Shown here: positions 1 through 8,875 of the stretch, piece after piece
Layout of the letters: each line of letters opens with the position of its first letter
How positions within the stretch are numbered: the first letter of the stretch is position 1
NCBI GenBank assembly: GCA_050730875.1
Contig: JBOHNX010000001.1
Span: forward strand, 297,972-361,971
Direction: 5' to 3'
From: Candidatus Saccharimonadales bacterium
GTDB taxonomy: Bacteria > Patescibacteriota > Saccharimonadia > Saccharimonadales > EFPC-124
DNA: 64,000 nt
Notes under the pieces: generated by a model
What the model was told of the DNA's origin: nothing
Seen by the model: only the letters and a program-made list of their open reading frames with translations
Databases searched by the model: none
Program-made: the position numbers and the translations under genes

Positions 1-43
1 ACTTTAAAAATTCCCTCCGTGTTTGGGACTACTATAGCCGGCT

Positions 44-838
44 TTAAGGGGTTCGTGCAAGGGCTGTGTATTTGGCTTGATGTTTGCTAATGCAAAGATC
101 ATTCCATAGCTGCTCGGCAGTTTTTTGCAGGTCTTTGACTGTGCCGTTATTGAGTACGATAACGTCGGGTTTGATGGCTCGCCGCTCGGCTTCGGTGACA
201 TCTTTTGTGTCGCTGCTATGATTTGGGCGCTCTATGGCAATAACGTAGCCGCCTTGCCCGCGAATAACCTCAGCGTCACTTGGGTAGCGGACGCCGGTGA
301 CGATGACCAATTTCTTATCGTCATCACGTAGCTGCACGCGTCGCATCAGCTCGTCGTACCAAATGGTTGGACTAACTTTTGCCACTAAATAGCCCCCGAT
401 CCACTGCAAAAGCGGGCGGTATACCTCTTTATTCTTAGGAGTAATTCGTTTGCCTAGGATCGCTGGCTGTTTGTGTGCTTGTTTGAGATAAATAAATAGC
501 TTTTCGTAGAGCTTTGGGTGAGCGAGCAGATCGTGCTTGGTAATTGCAATTTGGTTCCAGGTGACATCGTGATGGAGTTGCTCATTTATGGCGTCGACGA
601 GCCAAATAAGTACTTGGTTGACGAGTTCGGTGTCGTTAGGTGCGGTTTCGAACTCGAACTCCGCTTTAAGTGCTTGGTTAAACCGCTCGCCAATCTCAGC
701 AACGAGCATTCCTGTCTCGTACAGCGCATGGCTGGACTCATCGTCGGTTAAACAAGCAGCGAAAGTTGATTTGCCGCTGCCTATTTCACCAGTTAAGCCA
801 ATGAGAACACCCATGCCTTCTATTGTAAGCATAACCAA
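44..838 (-). CDS. P-loop kinase-like protein (dephospho-CoA kinase / dNMP-kinase-like)
   Basis: 264-aa ORF with Walker A GLTGEIGSGKST near the N-terminus, as in CoaE-type kinases. C-terminal VTGVRYPSDAEVIR resembles the dNMP-kinase fold. Substrate not inferable. Confidence 0.55.
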   Translation of the reverse strand: MVMLTIEGMGVLIGLTGEIGSGKSTFAACLTDDESSHALYETGMLVAEIGERFNQALKAEFEFETAPNDTELVNQVLIWLVDAINEQLHHDVTWNQIAITKHDLLAHPKLYEKLFIYLKQAHKQPAILGKRITPKNKEVYRPLLQWIGGYLVAKVSPTIWYDELMRRVQLRDDDKKLVIVTGVRYPSDAEVIRGQGGYVIAIERPNHSSDTKDVTEAERRAIKPDVIVLNNGTVKDLQKTAEQLWNDLCISKHQAKYTALARTP

Positions 839-888
839 AAACTCTCGCCACTATGCAGCGAGAGTTTTTATTGGATGCTATCTAAAGC

Positions 889-1839
889 TTACAGGCTAGA
901 GCTATCGACTTTGATGCCAGGGCCCATAGTCGTGCTGACGGCAATACCCTTCACGAACGCACCTTTGACGCTAGCTGGCTTGCTAGAGGTAAGATTGTCG
1001 AGGAAGGCTTTTGCGTTTTCGTAGACCTTGTTGCCACCAAAGCTGACTTTACCAACACCTTGGTGGACGATACCTTGCTTGTCGACGCGGTATTCAACTT
1101 TACCAGCTTTTGCTTCGGTTACAGCCTTAACAATGTTGGTGGTAACAGTACCGCTTTTAGGGTTTGGCATTAAGCCGCGTGGGCCGAGCAAACGAGCGTA
1201 CTTACCGAGTTTTGCCATGAGCTTCGGCGTGCTAATAAGCACGCCGAAGTCGAGTTGTTCTTTGTCGAGTTTTTGCAAAAAATCGTCTTCGCCAACAATG
1301 TCAGCGCCAGCTTTTTTAGCAGCTTCGTGCTGGTCGGCGCCTGCAAATACGGCAACGCGAATGCTTTTACCGGTACCATTAGGCAAGCTTACGGTGCCGC
1401 GAATATTTTGATCGGCCTGGCGAGGGTCAACGTTGAGGTTAATGTGTAGCTCGATAGTACCGTCAAACTTACCAACGTTCGTTTTGGTTGCAAGCTCGAT
1501 TGCGTCTTTAAGGTTGTAAGCTTTGTCTTTTTCGATAAGCTCGGCAACTTTGCGATAGTTTTTACCGCGACGCTCAATGCGAGGACGAGTCGGATTTTGC
1601 TTTTGCTTGGTTTTAGCTTCAGCTTCGCCCTGTGGGGTTGTATCACCCTTACTCTTACGCTCTTCTTTGGCTTCTTTTTCTTCAGCCTCTTTTACCGCTT
1701 TTTCGCTGCGTTTGCCGGCTTTTGCGGTAGCTTTCTTTGCTTCTTTAACTTCTGGCTTCTCGGTAGCTTTTGCCTCAGCGGCTTCGGTAGCTACAACCTC
1801 TTTTTCGGCTTCTTCAGCCTTGGCTTTCTTCTCTGCCAT
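889..1839 (-). CDS. rplA: 50S ribosomal protein L1 with ~90-aa K/E/A-rich N-terminal extension
   Basis: Core NYRKVAELIEK...GTIELHINLNVDPRQADQNIRGTVSLPNGTGK is typical L1. It lies downstream of rplK. Confidence 0.93.
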   Translation of the reverse strand: MAEKKAKAEEAEKEVVATEAAEAKATEKPEVKEAKKATAKAGKRSEKAVKEAEEKEAKEERKSKGDTTPQGEAEAKTKQKQNPTRPRIERRGKNYRKVAELIEKDKAYNLKDAIELATKTNVGKFDGTIELHINLNVDPRQADQNIRGTVSLPNGTGKSIRVAVFAGADQHEAAKKAGADIVGEDDFLQKLDKEQLDFGVLISTPKLMAKLGKYARLLGPRGLMPNPKSGTVTTNIVKAVTEAKAGKVEYRVDKQGIVHQGVGKVSFGGNKVYENAKAFLDNLTSSKPASVKGAFVKGIAVSTTMGPGIKVDSSSL

Positions 1840-1891
1840 AAATTACTCCTTCGTGGTACGAACGGCCTAACGGCCTCCCACAAACTTAGTA

Positions 1892-2317
1892 TTATTTTTC
1901 TACTTCGACACCCATGCTGCGGGCGGTACCGGCAACGGTTTTAACAGCTGCATCGAGGTCGTTAGCGTTCAGCATGTCCATCTTGGTTTTGGCGATCTCT
2001 TCGAGCTGTGCACGAGTGATTTTGCCAACTTTTTCAGCGTGCGGCTTGCCAGAACCCTTCTGGATACCAACAGCTTCCCGGATCAGGTCGTCAACGGGTT
2101 GACCAAGCACGGTGAAGTCAAATGTGCGGTCTTCGTAGACTTTAAGGTGAACGATAACGTCCTTACCCATGAAGTCTTTGGTTTTGTCGTTGAAGGCTTG
2201 CACAAAGTCCATAAGGTTAAGACCATGCTGACCAAGAACAGAACCTACTGGAGGACCTGCGGTCGCGCGGCCACCAGGGATGCGCATCTTCAAATTTGCT
2301 TTTACTGCTTTTGCCAT
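1892..2317 (-). CDS. rplK: 50S ribosomal protein L11
   Basis: MAKAV..IPGGRATAGPPVGSVLGQHGLNLMDF is the L11 signature. nusG-rplK-rplA synteny. Confidence 0.95.
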   Translation of the reverse strand: MAKAVKANLKMRIPGGRATAGPPVGSVLGQHGLNLMDFVQAFNDKTKDFMGKDVIVHLKVYEDRTFDFTVLGQPVDDLIREAVGIQKGSGKPHAEKVGKITRAQLEEIAKTKMDMLNANDLDAAVKTVAGTARSMGVEVEK

Positions 2318-2361
2318 AAAAATCTACTCCTTAGGGAGTGCGTAACAGGGGCGATTATACC

Positions 2362-2907
2362 TTAAACTTTCTTAACCTGCAAGGCGTCGAGTTCAACAGG
2401 TGTGTCGCGGCCAAACATGCTCACGAGCACCTTGATTTTACCCTTTTGAGTATCGATTTCGTTAATAGCGCCATCGAAGCCCTTAAACGGACCATCGATA
2501 ATGCTGACAACTTCGCCGATCGAGAAGTCGATGCGGTGTTTTGGCTCTTCAACGCCCATGCGCTTCTTGATTTTGCTCATTTCGTCTGGGCTAACAGGTG
2601 TTGGGGTTGAACCGCTACCCACAAAGCCGGTTACACCGGGTGTGTTGCGAATGATGTACCAAGCGTCTTCGGTCATCTTCATCTCGACAAGCACGTAACC
2701 CTGGAAGATTTTCTTCTCGACGATTTTGCGCTTACCGTTTTTGATCTCGATTTGCTTTTCTTTTGGCACCATGACGTCGAAGATTTTGTCGGCCATGTCG
2801 ACAGAATCAACGCGTTGGCGAATAGATTCGGATACCTTTTCTTCGTAACCGCTGTAGGTGTGGATTGCATACCACTGCCTGGATGAATCGTATCGTTTGT
2901 TACTCAT
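2362..2907 (-). CDS. nusG: Transcription termination/antitermination factor NusG
   Basis: WYAIHTYSGYE NGN start and C-terminal KOW (GPFKGFDGAINEID). secE-nusG synteny. Confidence 0.93.
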   Translation of the reverse strand: MSNKRYDSSRQWYAIHTYSGYEEKVSESIRQRVDSVDMADKIFDVMVPKEKQIEIKNGKRKIVEKKIFQGYVLVEMKMTEDAWYIIRNTPGVTGFVGSGSTPTPVSPDEMSKIKKRMGVEEPKHRIDFSIGEVVSIIDGPFKGFDGAINEIDTQKGKIKVLVSMFGRDTPVELDALQVKKV

Positions 2908-2909
2908 CT

Positions 2910-3194
2910 TTATAGAAGTACCTGCTTAAATAATAGGTCGAATCCGTAATCGAGCGCCAGGATAACGCCGACCAGGGCTGCGGTAAATATAATAACCGCA
3001 ATTGTAAGGCTCCAGCTGGCGCGGCGGGTTGGCCATTTTACTTGGCGGAGCTCGGTGTACGAGCCTTTGAAGTACGAGCCGATTGCGCGTAACCATTTTG
3101 GGGCTTTGACGTCTTTGTTAATTTTCTTGCCGAGCGGTAACTCCACGCGCCGCCCAAGCAGATTCTTAACGTTAAGCTTTGGCGATTTTGCCAC
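2910..3194 (-). CDS. secE: Preprotein translocase subunit SecE (GTG start)
   Basis: 94 aa with ELRQVKWPTRRA followed by a single TM. Sits immediately upstream of nusG. RBS GGGAGGA at 3201-3207 (minus). Confidence 0.85.
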   Translation of the reverse strand: MAKSPKLNVKNLLGRRVELPLGKKINKDVKAPKWLRAIGSYFKGSYTELRQVKWPTRRASWSLTIAVIIFTAALVGVILALDYGFDLLFKQVLL

Positions 3195-3214
3195 GCTTAT
3201 TCCTCCCTGAATTT

Positions 3215-3238
3215 AAAAAACCTACCATATACGGTAGG
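3215..3238 (-). promoter_or_regulatory. Leader hairpin plus U-tract between the predicted secE promoter and the secE RBS
   Basis: Minus strand reads CCTACC-GTATAT-GGTAGG followed by TTTTTT, located in the 5' leader of secE. Confidence 0.3.
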
Positions 3239-3250
3239 GGTCTGCTGTCA

Positions 3251-3279
3251 ATACTACCTTAGTTGTAAAACCAGGTCAA
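3251..3279 (-). promoter_or_regulatory. Candidate sigma70-type promoter for secE-nusG
   Basis: Minus strand TTGACC (3279-3274), 17 nt spacer, TAGTAT (3256-3251). Confidence 0.35.
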
Positions 3280-3310
3280 GCATAGAGTGAACGTGTGCTA
3301 GCATAAAACC

Positions 3311-4876
3311 ATGAGCACTTTATTAGCCCCGTGGTTGCTGTCGGTCTTGCTGGCGGCGGTACTCCTCTTAAGTATTTGTAAATATGATCATCTGTGGCGA
3401 TGGCACAAAATTTTAAGCGAAGCGACGATTGGCCTGCTGATAGCAAGCTTGCCCTTCGTCTTCGTTGTGCCCTACTCGTGGCCAGCACGATTGTTTTTGT
3501 TTGTGGTGCATGCCGGCATGTTACTTTTGGCCGCTCGCTTAGCGTTTGGGCGGCTCGAAAAGGGTTTTTTGCGTCATAGCACTGCCATGAATTTGCTGAT
3601 CGCTCTACTACTTATTGCAGTCGTCATGTTTGGGTCGTGGCTTATACAGACGTTTGAGTGGTTGCAGGGCTATGCATGGCGCGGCGTTGCCCTAAACGTA
3701 GTGAGCCTTCTGATTGGATTGGCGCTTTTGGCGCAGCTGGCTTGGACGTTTAAACACTACCGGCTGCGCAAATTAGCCACTAACCTTACACTCAAAGAAT
3801 TGCCGACGGTTAGCCTTTGTATTCCCGCCCGAAACGAAACGCATGCGCTTGAAGAGTGTCTGATTGCGGCGCTGGCGTCCGATTACCCAAAGCTCGAAAT
3901 ACTGGTTCTCGATGACTGCTCGAACGATAAAACAGCCGAGGTCATCCGTTCGTTTGCCCATGCTGGCGTACGCTTTGTGCAGGGAAAAGTACCGGCCGAG
4001 GGTTGGCTTGGGCGCAACCAGGCCTCGCAAACGCTGGCCCAGCAGGCTGTTGGCGACTATTTGGTGTTTATGAGTGTCGACACCTTACTGCGTCCACAGA
4101 GCATTACCAAACTTGTCACCTACGCTCTCTCTAATAAAGCAGAAATGATCACCGTCTTGCCGCAGAACAAGTTCGGCACTAATGTTCACACGCTACTGGG
4201 CACGATGCGCTATTTTTGGCAGATTGTTTTGCCGATTACCAAGCGCCGAGTTCCGGTTTCGAGCAAGTTTTGGCTTATTAAAGCAACGACACTTAAAAAG
4301 TTGGGCGGATTTGCCTCGGTACGGCAAAAAATTGTGCCTGAAGGATCTTTTGCGCGGCGCTTATTTACGCAAAATCTATACCGTTTCATTATTAGCACCG
4401 ACGAACTTGGTGCATTCACGTCAAAGCGCTGGAGCAGCCAGGTCGAGATGTCTCTGCGCTTGCTCTACCCTACGTTTAAGCGTCAGCCATTCTATGTGAT
4501 TGTTGCCGGCATGTTGCTCATTGGCCTGCTGCTTGGGCCATTTATGCTGGCAGCTTTGCTACTTGTGACGAGTCAACTGACAGCCACCTTTTGGCTTAGC
4601 GTTACGTCTAGCCTGCTTCTCGTAGCTATTTATATGCTTGCTTTTGTGCGCACGCATCCACGGAGCTGGTTTGTCTCTGGGCTATTCTTCCCGCTTGTTT
4701 TACTGCAAGAGTTAGTGCTGCTTGTTACCAGCATGCATAAGTACGAGTTTGGCGAGGTTAATTGGAAGGGCCGCAATGTATGCTACCCGGTTATCGCTGT
4801 GCCTGGGCGGTTTGGGCCGCCTCGGCCGACACCTTCGCTGCATCCGCAAAGTGATGAGGCGGTACGACAAACGTAA
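3311..4876 (+). CDS. Membrane-bound family 2 glycosyltransferase
   Basis: N- and C-terminal TM segments flank a GT2 core VSLCIPARNE...LEILVLDDCSNDKT. Confidence 0.8.
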   Translation: MSTLLAPWLLSVLLAAVLLLSICKYDHLWRWHKILSEATIGLLIASLPFVFVVPYSWPARLFLFVVHAGMLLLAARLAFGRLEKGFLRHSTAMNLLIALLLIAVVMFGSWLIQTFEWLQGYAWRGVALNVVSLLIGLALLAQLAWTFKHYRLRKLATNLTLKELPTVSLCIPARNETHALEECLIAALASDYPKLEILVLDDCSNDKTAEVIRSFAHAGVRFVQGKVPAEGWLGRNQASQTLAQQAVGDYLVFMSVDTLLRPQSITKLVTYALSNKAEMITVLPQNKFGTNVHTLLGTMRYFWQIVLPITKRRVPVSSKFWLIKATTLKKLGGFASVRQKIVPEGSFARRLFTQNLYRFIISTDELGAFTSKRWSSQVEMSLRLLYPTFKRQPFYVIVAGMLLIGLLLGPFMLAALLLVTSQLTATFWLSVTSSLLLVAIYMLAFVRTHPRSWFVSGLFFPLVLLQELVLLVTSMHKYEFGEVNWKGRNVCYPVIAVPGRFGPPRPTPSLHPQSDEAVRQT

Positions 4877-6476
4877 AGGTTGATCCGTGGTTGAGCCGGC
4901 TAGTAAAACCGATATCCAGGCCCATTTTGTGTGCAAGCTTTTTAGTAACATACAAGCCAAGCCCTGTGCCGCTTGATTCGCGTGTACGGTAGTCTTCGGA
5001 CCTATAGAACTTCTCGAAGATATGCTTTTGGTCAGACTTGCTAATACCAATGCCGGTGTCTTGCACTGAAAATACCAAGCCTTCTGATTTTAGTTTGCAA
5101 CCAATGGTAATCGAACCTTCTTTGGTGTATTTGAGCGCGTTTGTAATGAAGTTTTGCAGCACTTCCTCTAGATATAAGCGGCTTTCGCGGATTTTTGGCA
5201 GTTTGTGGCCGAGGTCGAGGTTTAAATGCAGTTTTTTCTCTTCGGCGCGGGGCAGGTATGTCTCGTACATATCTTTTAGGAGGTTGACTGGGTCAATAAT
5301 CTCAGCCTCAGCACCGACACCTCGCTCGGCGCGTGACAGCGTCCCTAGGTCGTTGACTAGTTTGGCGAGGTAGATGGTTTCTTCGTGGGCGGCATCGACA
5401 GCGTTTAGGACCATCTCGGGGTCGGCACCGTGTTCTTGCAGCACGCGTATATTCGATAAGTTGCCCTCGGCGATAGCAACAGGAGTACGTAATTCGTGGC
5501 TTACAACCGAGATAAATTCGTCTCGTTCTTCCTCGAGCGTCTTTTCTTTAGTGATGTCACGTAGAATTAAGATAAAGCCGCGCTCGCCCTTTTCGCGATA
5601 GCCTGGCTGCACTGGCGCAACGTTTACGTAAAGCCGCATTATTTCGCCATCGGCGAACCGATACGATAAATCGGAGCGGCTGTACACGGCCCGCTGTCTT
5701 TCTGCCTCATCAATAAGGCGTACGCGTCGCCCTTTTGTATCTTTCAGGTGGAGTACATTGTCGATATTCTTGCTAGTAAGGTTTACATTGGTGTCGAGCA
5801 GGCTCAATGTTGCAGCATTGTAGACCTTTATATAGCCATTTTCATCGGTCGTCACTACGGCATCACCCATACTGTTTACCAGTGCTAGCAAGCGCTCTCG
5901 TTGGAAATTAGATTGGTCGCGCGTTCGGGCAAGAGCTACTCGTTCGTCATCGGTAACGCCAAACAGCTTCGCAATAATGTAACCGGTTATTATAAGCGAT
6001 AGCGTCATAATAAGAATGCCGATTTGTTCGGATGGCGTGTATGCAGGTTGCAAGAGCATGTTTAACAGGGCGACGGTGGCAAGTACTAGTGCGCTTGCCA
6101 GAAAAGCGGCCATGCCAAAATAAATAGTAGAGCCGGCCATGAGTAGCGTCCACAGCACTACAAATGGGCTTGTAATGCCAATAACAAATAAAATATAAAT
6201 CCCGCCGACAATGTGATAGAGCGTGTTAAACACGAGGTACAACCTGGGGTATGGACGATTTTTAAGCACCACAAATTGTACAGCAGAAAGTACTAGAAAC
6301 GCCAAACTTATGGCGATATACCATGCATCGCCGGCGTACGACCGGTTGTCCAAGTAGCCTTCTCGCGCAAGCAGACCCAGCGGAATAATGGCAAACGGCA
6401 CCGCAATGCCGGCGTAGCGCAGGATATTGAGCAATTGCTTGTAATAGTTATCGACGTGCGCGAATGGTACCTTCAT
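4791..6476 (-). CDS. Sensor histidine kinase (multi-TM, PAS-like, HisKA, HATPase_c)
   Basis: H-box FISVVSHELRTPV, G-box GTGLGLYVTKKLA, N-terminal hydrophobic helices. Confidence 0.85.
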   Translation of the reverse strand: MKVPFAHVDNYYKQLLNILRYAGIAVPFAIIPLGLLAREGYLDNRSYAGDAWYIAISLAFLVLSAVQFVVLKNRPYPRLYLVFNTLYHIVGGIYILFVIGITSPFVVLWTLLMAGSTIYFGMAAFLASALVLATVALLNMLLQPAYTPSEQIGILIMTLSLIITGYIIAKLFGVTDDERVALARTRDQSNFQRERLLALVNSMGDAVVTTDENGYIKVYNAATLSLLDTNVNLTSKNIDNVLHLKDTKGRRVRLIDEAERQRAVYSRSDLSYRFADGEIMRLYVNVAPVQPGYREKGERGFILILRDITKEKTLEEERDEFISVVSHELRTPVAIAEGNLSNIRVLQEHGADPEMVLNAVDAAHEETIYLAKLVNDLGTLSRAERGVGAEAEIIDPVNLLKDMYETYLPRAEEKKLHLNLDLGHKLPKIRESRLYLEEVLQNFITNALKYTKEGSITIGCKLKSEGLVFSVQDTGIGISKSDQKHIFEKFYRSEDYRTRESSGTGLGLYVTKKLAHKMGLDIGFTSRLNHGSTFTFVVPPHHFADAAKVSAEAAQTAQAQR

Positions 6477-6504
6477 TTGGCTGTATTATCGCATAGCTTA
6501 AGCT

Positions 6505-7200
6505 TTATGCGTAGGGTCGTTGTTCTTTTAAGGCCCGGCGTAAGTCGCGATAATTCGGCAAAATTCCTTCTACCAATTGCCAAAATCGCTGAGAGTGGTT
6601 CATTTGTTTGGTATGGCACAGTTCGTGGACTAGCACATAGTCAATTAATTCGAATGGCAAGTGCATAAGCCATATGTTGAGGCTAATGGTTCCCCGTGAA
6701 GAGCAACTCCCCCACCGAGTGCCAGCATTACTAAAACGAATTTGAGCGAACGAAAACCCGTGCGCGTCGCTAAAAGCTTCTAGCCGCCTGGGCAAATAAG
6801 CTTTGGCTTGTATGCGCAGGGCTTTTGTGGAAGCCTCTTTTATGTACTGTTGCACTTCTGGTGACTCGACCGATGCGTGTTCGGGCACGGTTACTAAAAG
6901 CGCAGTGCTTTTAACCCGCGCAGCAAATGCCTCGCCAGTAGTAAGTTCTAACCGGTGTGTCTTGCCAATTATGTCGCCTGGCATCAGGACTATTTGATTT
7001 TGTCGTAACGAGGCCAAATTTTGGCGAATATGCTCGCGTGATTCACCTAGTAAGTTTTTGGCAAAGAATAGCGGCGCTCGGTACGGCATCGAAATACTTA
7101 TGGCGCCCCGGTGATCGATCTTTAATTTGACATAGCGCGCCTTGCGCACGCGCCGGATTGCTACGGTGCCAAACTCTGGATCTGTAATTGTGTTGGCCAC
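6505..7200 (-). CDS. YgjP-like (DUF45/M48-type) metal-dependent hydrolase
   Basis: WGSCSSRGTISLNIWL...VHELCHTKQMNHSQRFW shows the HExxH motif and the family-typical context. Confidence 0.8.
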   Translation of the reverse strand: MANTITDPEFGTVAIRRVRKARYVKLKIDHRGAISISMPYRAPLFFAKNLLGESREHIRQNLASLRQNQIVLMPGDIIGKTHRLELTTGEAFAARVKSTALLVTVPEHASVESPEVQQYIKEASTKALRIQAKAYLPRRLEAFSDAHGFSFAQIRFSNAGTRWGSCSSRGTISLNIWLMHLPFELIDYVLVHELCHTKQMNHSQRFWQLVEGILPNYRDLRRALKEQRPYA

Positions 7201-7212
7201 GGTGGAGGCCTC

Positions 7213-7863
7213 CTATTGTATAATCACGTCGCGCCTGGTTGGCGGACGGCTTTCGGGCCCAGGACGTTGCACGCCGAGATGACGGTTTTCGGCTTTATGG
7301 GCATTTTCGGCCTCTGTAACATGTGGCCCGGCAAGCTTGCGGAGTACCATTTTCGCTTGTGTGCTGTAGGTGTGCTTGCCGCTAATCACGACATAGTGTT
7401 CGCGCGTGGGCGGCGTAAAGCGTCTTGCAAAAGTGGTAAATTGCTCTGAAGTGAGGCTGACACTGTACTGGTCATCTGTTCTCTTCGGGTTGCGCTTAGT
7501 TGCGCGCCATTTGGAGGTTGCTGGGTCAGTCTGAACCCAAATAACTAGTGTGCCATAGCCATGTTCTTTGGCGAGCTTCTCGATTCTTTGGCGCTGAACA
7601 CGAGTATTGCAGCAGCCATCTAACAGAAAACTGCGCTTGGTCTTAAGTAATTCACCGGCCTGATATTCTACGAGGCGCTGGAGTATGTCTTGCTCGTCGT
7701 TGGAGAAGTTAGGCTCAGAGAATAGCTCGTGCCGAAGACGATCAACATTTACCCAGGGTGCGCCAAACGTATCGGAAAATTGACGAGAGAAAAAGCTTTT
7801 CCCCACCCCTGGTGGGCCGACAACCATTAGAACAAGTGGACGTGTCAAGCTTACTGACTTCAT
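7213..7863 (-). CDS. P-loop ATPase/kinase (AAA_33-like)
   Basis: Walker A VVGPPGVGKSFFS. About 170-aa kinase-like core with a basic C-terminal tail. Confidence 0.6.
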   Translation of the reverse strand: MKSVSLTRPLVLMVVGPPGVGKSFFSRQFSDTFGAPWVNVDRLRHELFSEPNFSNDEQDILQRLVEYQAGELLKTKRSFLLDGCCNTRVQRQRIEKLAKEHGYGTLVIWVQTDPATSKWRATKRNPKRTDDQYSVSLTSEQFTTFARRFTPPTREHYVVISGKHTYSTQAKMVLRKLAGPHVTEAENAHKAENRHLGVQRPGPESRPPTRRDVIIQ

Positions 7864-7914
7864 TGTATTGCTATCATAGCAAATTTAGTATGAATTACCC
7901 TACCTCTCCGTCAT

Positions 7915-8136
7915 CTATTTGAGAAAATTTGGCACGCGCCCCCAGAATGCACGTACTTTTAAGGCAAAGGCTAGTAGCAGAATGCCTAAGATAAAGAACG
8001 ACGCTGCGACAATCGCAAACAGCAAGGCTGGGTACAGTACTATCAAGACCGCAAGTACGATAAACGCTGTGCCTTGTAGTACAAGCGTCCAGAACAAGTG
8101 GTTGACTGTATCTTTGACGAATTTGATTGCTTCCAC
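7915..8136 (-). CDS. Small two-TM membrane protein
   Basis: 73 aa with two long hydrophobic helices. No recognisable motif. Confidence 0.45.
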   Translation of the reverse strand: MEAIKFVKDTVNHLFWTLVLQGTAFIVLAVLIVLYPALLFAIVAASFFILGILLLAFALKVRAFWGRVPNFLK

Positions 8137-8205
8137 GAAACCCCCTTTAAGATGTTATGTTCGCTGGCTTCAGTATAACAAATGTTTTCAAGGAGGTTAG
8201 GCCAC

Positions 8206-8874
8206 CTACGAACTTAGCTTACCGTCTTGCAGTTGGAACACTTGGTCGGTACGGCCAGCAATGGTCAAATCGTGCGTTACTGCGACTATGGTGGTGTTCT
8301 CGGAACGAGCAAGTTTATGGAGCAAGTCAAAGATAACCTTACCGGTATTGCTATCTAGATTGCCGGTCGGCTCATCGGCGAGGATGAGTTTTGGCTTGTT
8401 AGCTAGAGCGCGGGCAATGGCGACTCGTTGTTGCTCACCACCAGAGAGGCGCGTTGGTTTGCGGTTTTGCTTCTCGCCGCTTAAACCAACTTGCTCCAGT
8501 AGTTCGATAGCCCGGGATCGTCGTTCTGCTGCCGAAATACCGGCAAATTCCATGGGTAGCATGACGTTTTCTATGGCGTTAAGGTTTGGCACAAGATTGT
8601 AGTGCTGGAAGACGAAGCCGATGATATCACGGCGGTACGCAGTCAGGCGACGATCGGACAGTTTGGTTATGTCGACGTCGTCTACGGCTATACGACCGCT
8701 CGTTGGCTTATCGAGCGCACCGAGCAGTGCAAGGAGCGTGCTTTTGCCACTCCCGCTTTTCCCAATGATAGCTGCGAAAGTGCTCGAAGGGATGTCAAAG
8801 CTGATGTCATCCACTGCTTTTACGGTTTGATCGCCTGAACGGAATTGTTTTGATACGTTTGTAACCTGTAACAT
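8206..8874 (-). CDS. ABC transporter ATP-binding protein (MacB/LolD/FtsE-like)
   Basis: Walker A GKSGSGKST, signature LSGGEQQRVAIARAL, Walker B LILADEPT. Confidence 0.9.
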   Translation of the reverse strand: MLQVTNVSKQFRSGDQTVKAVDDISFDIPSSTFAAIIGKSGSGKSTLLALLGALDKPTSGRIAVDDVDITKLSDRRLTAYRRDIIGFVFQHYNLVPNLNAIENVMLPMEFAGISAAERRSRAIELLEQVGLSGEKQNRKPTRLSGGEQQRVAIARALANKPKLILADEPTGNLDSNTGKVIFDLLHKLARSENTTIVAVTHDLTIAGRTDQVFQLQDGKLSS

Positions 8875-8875
8875 C

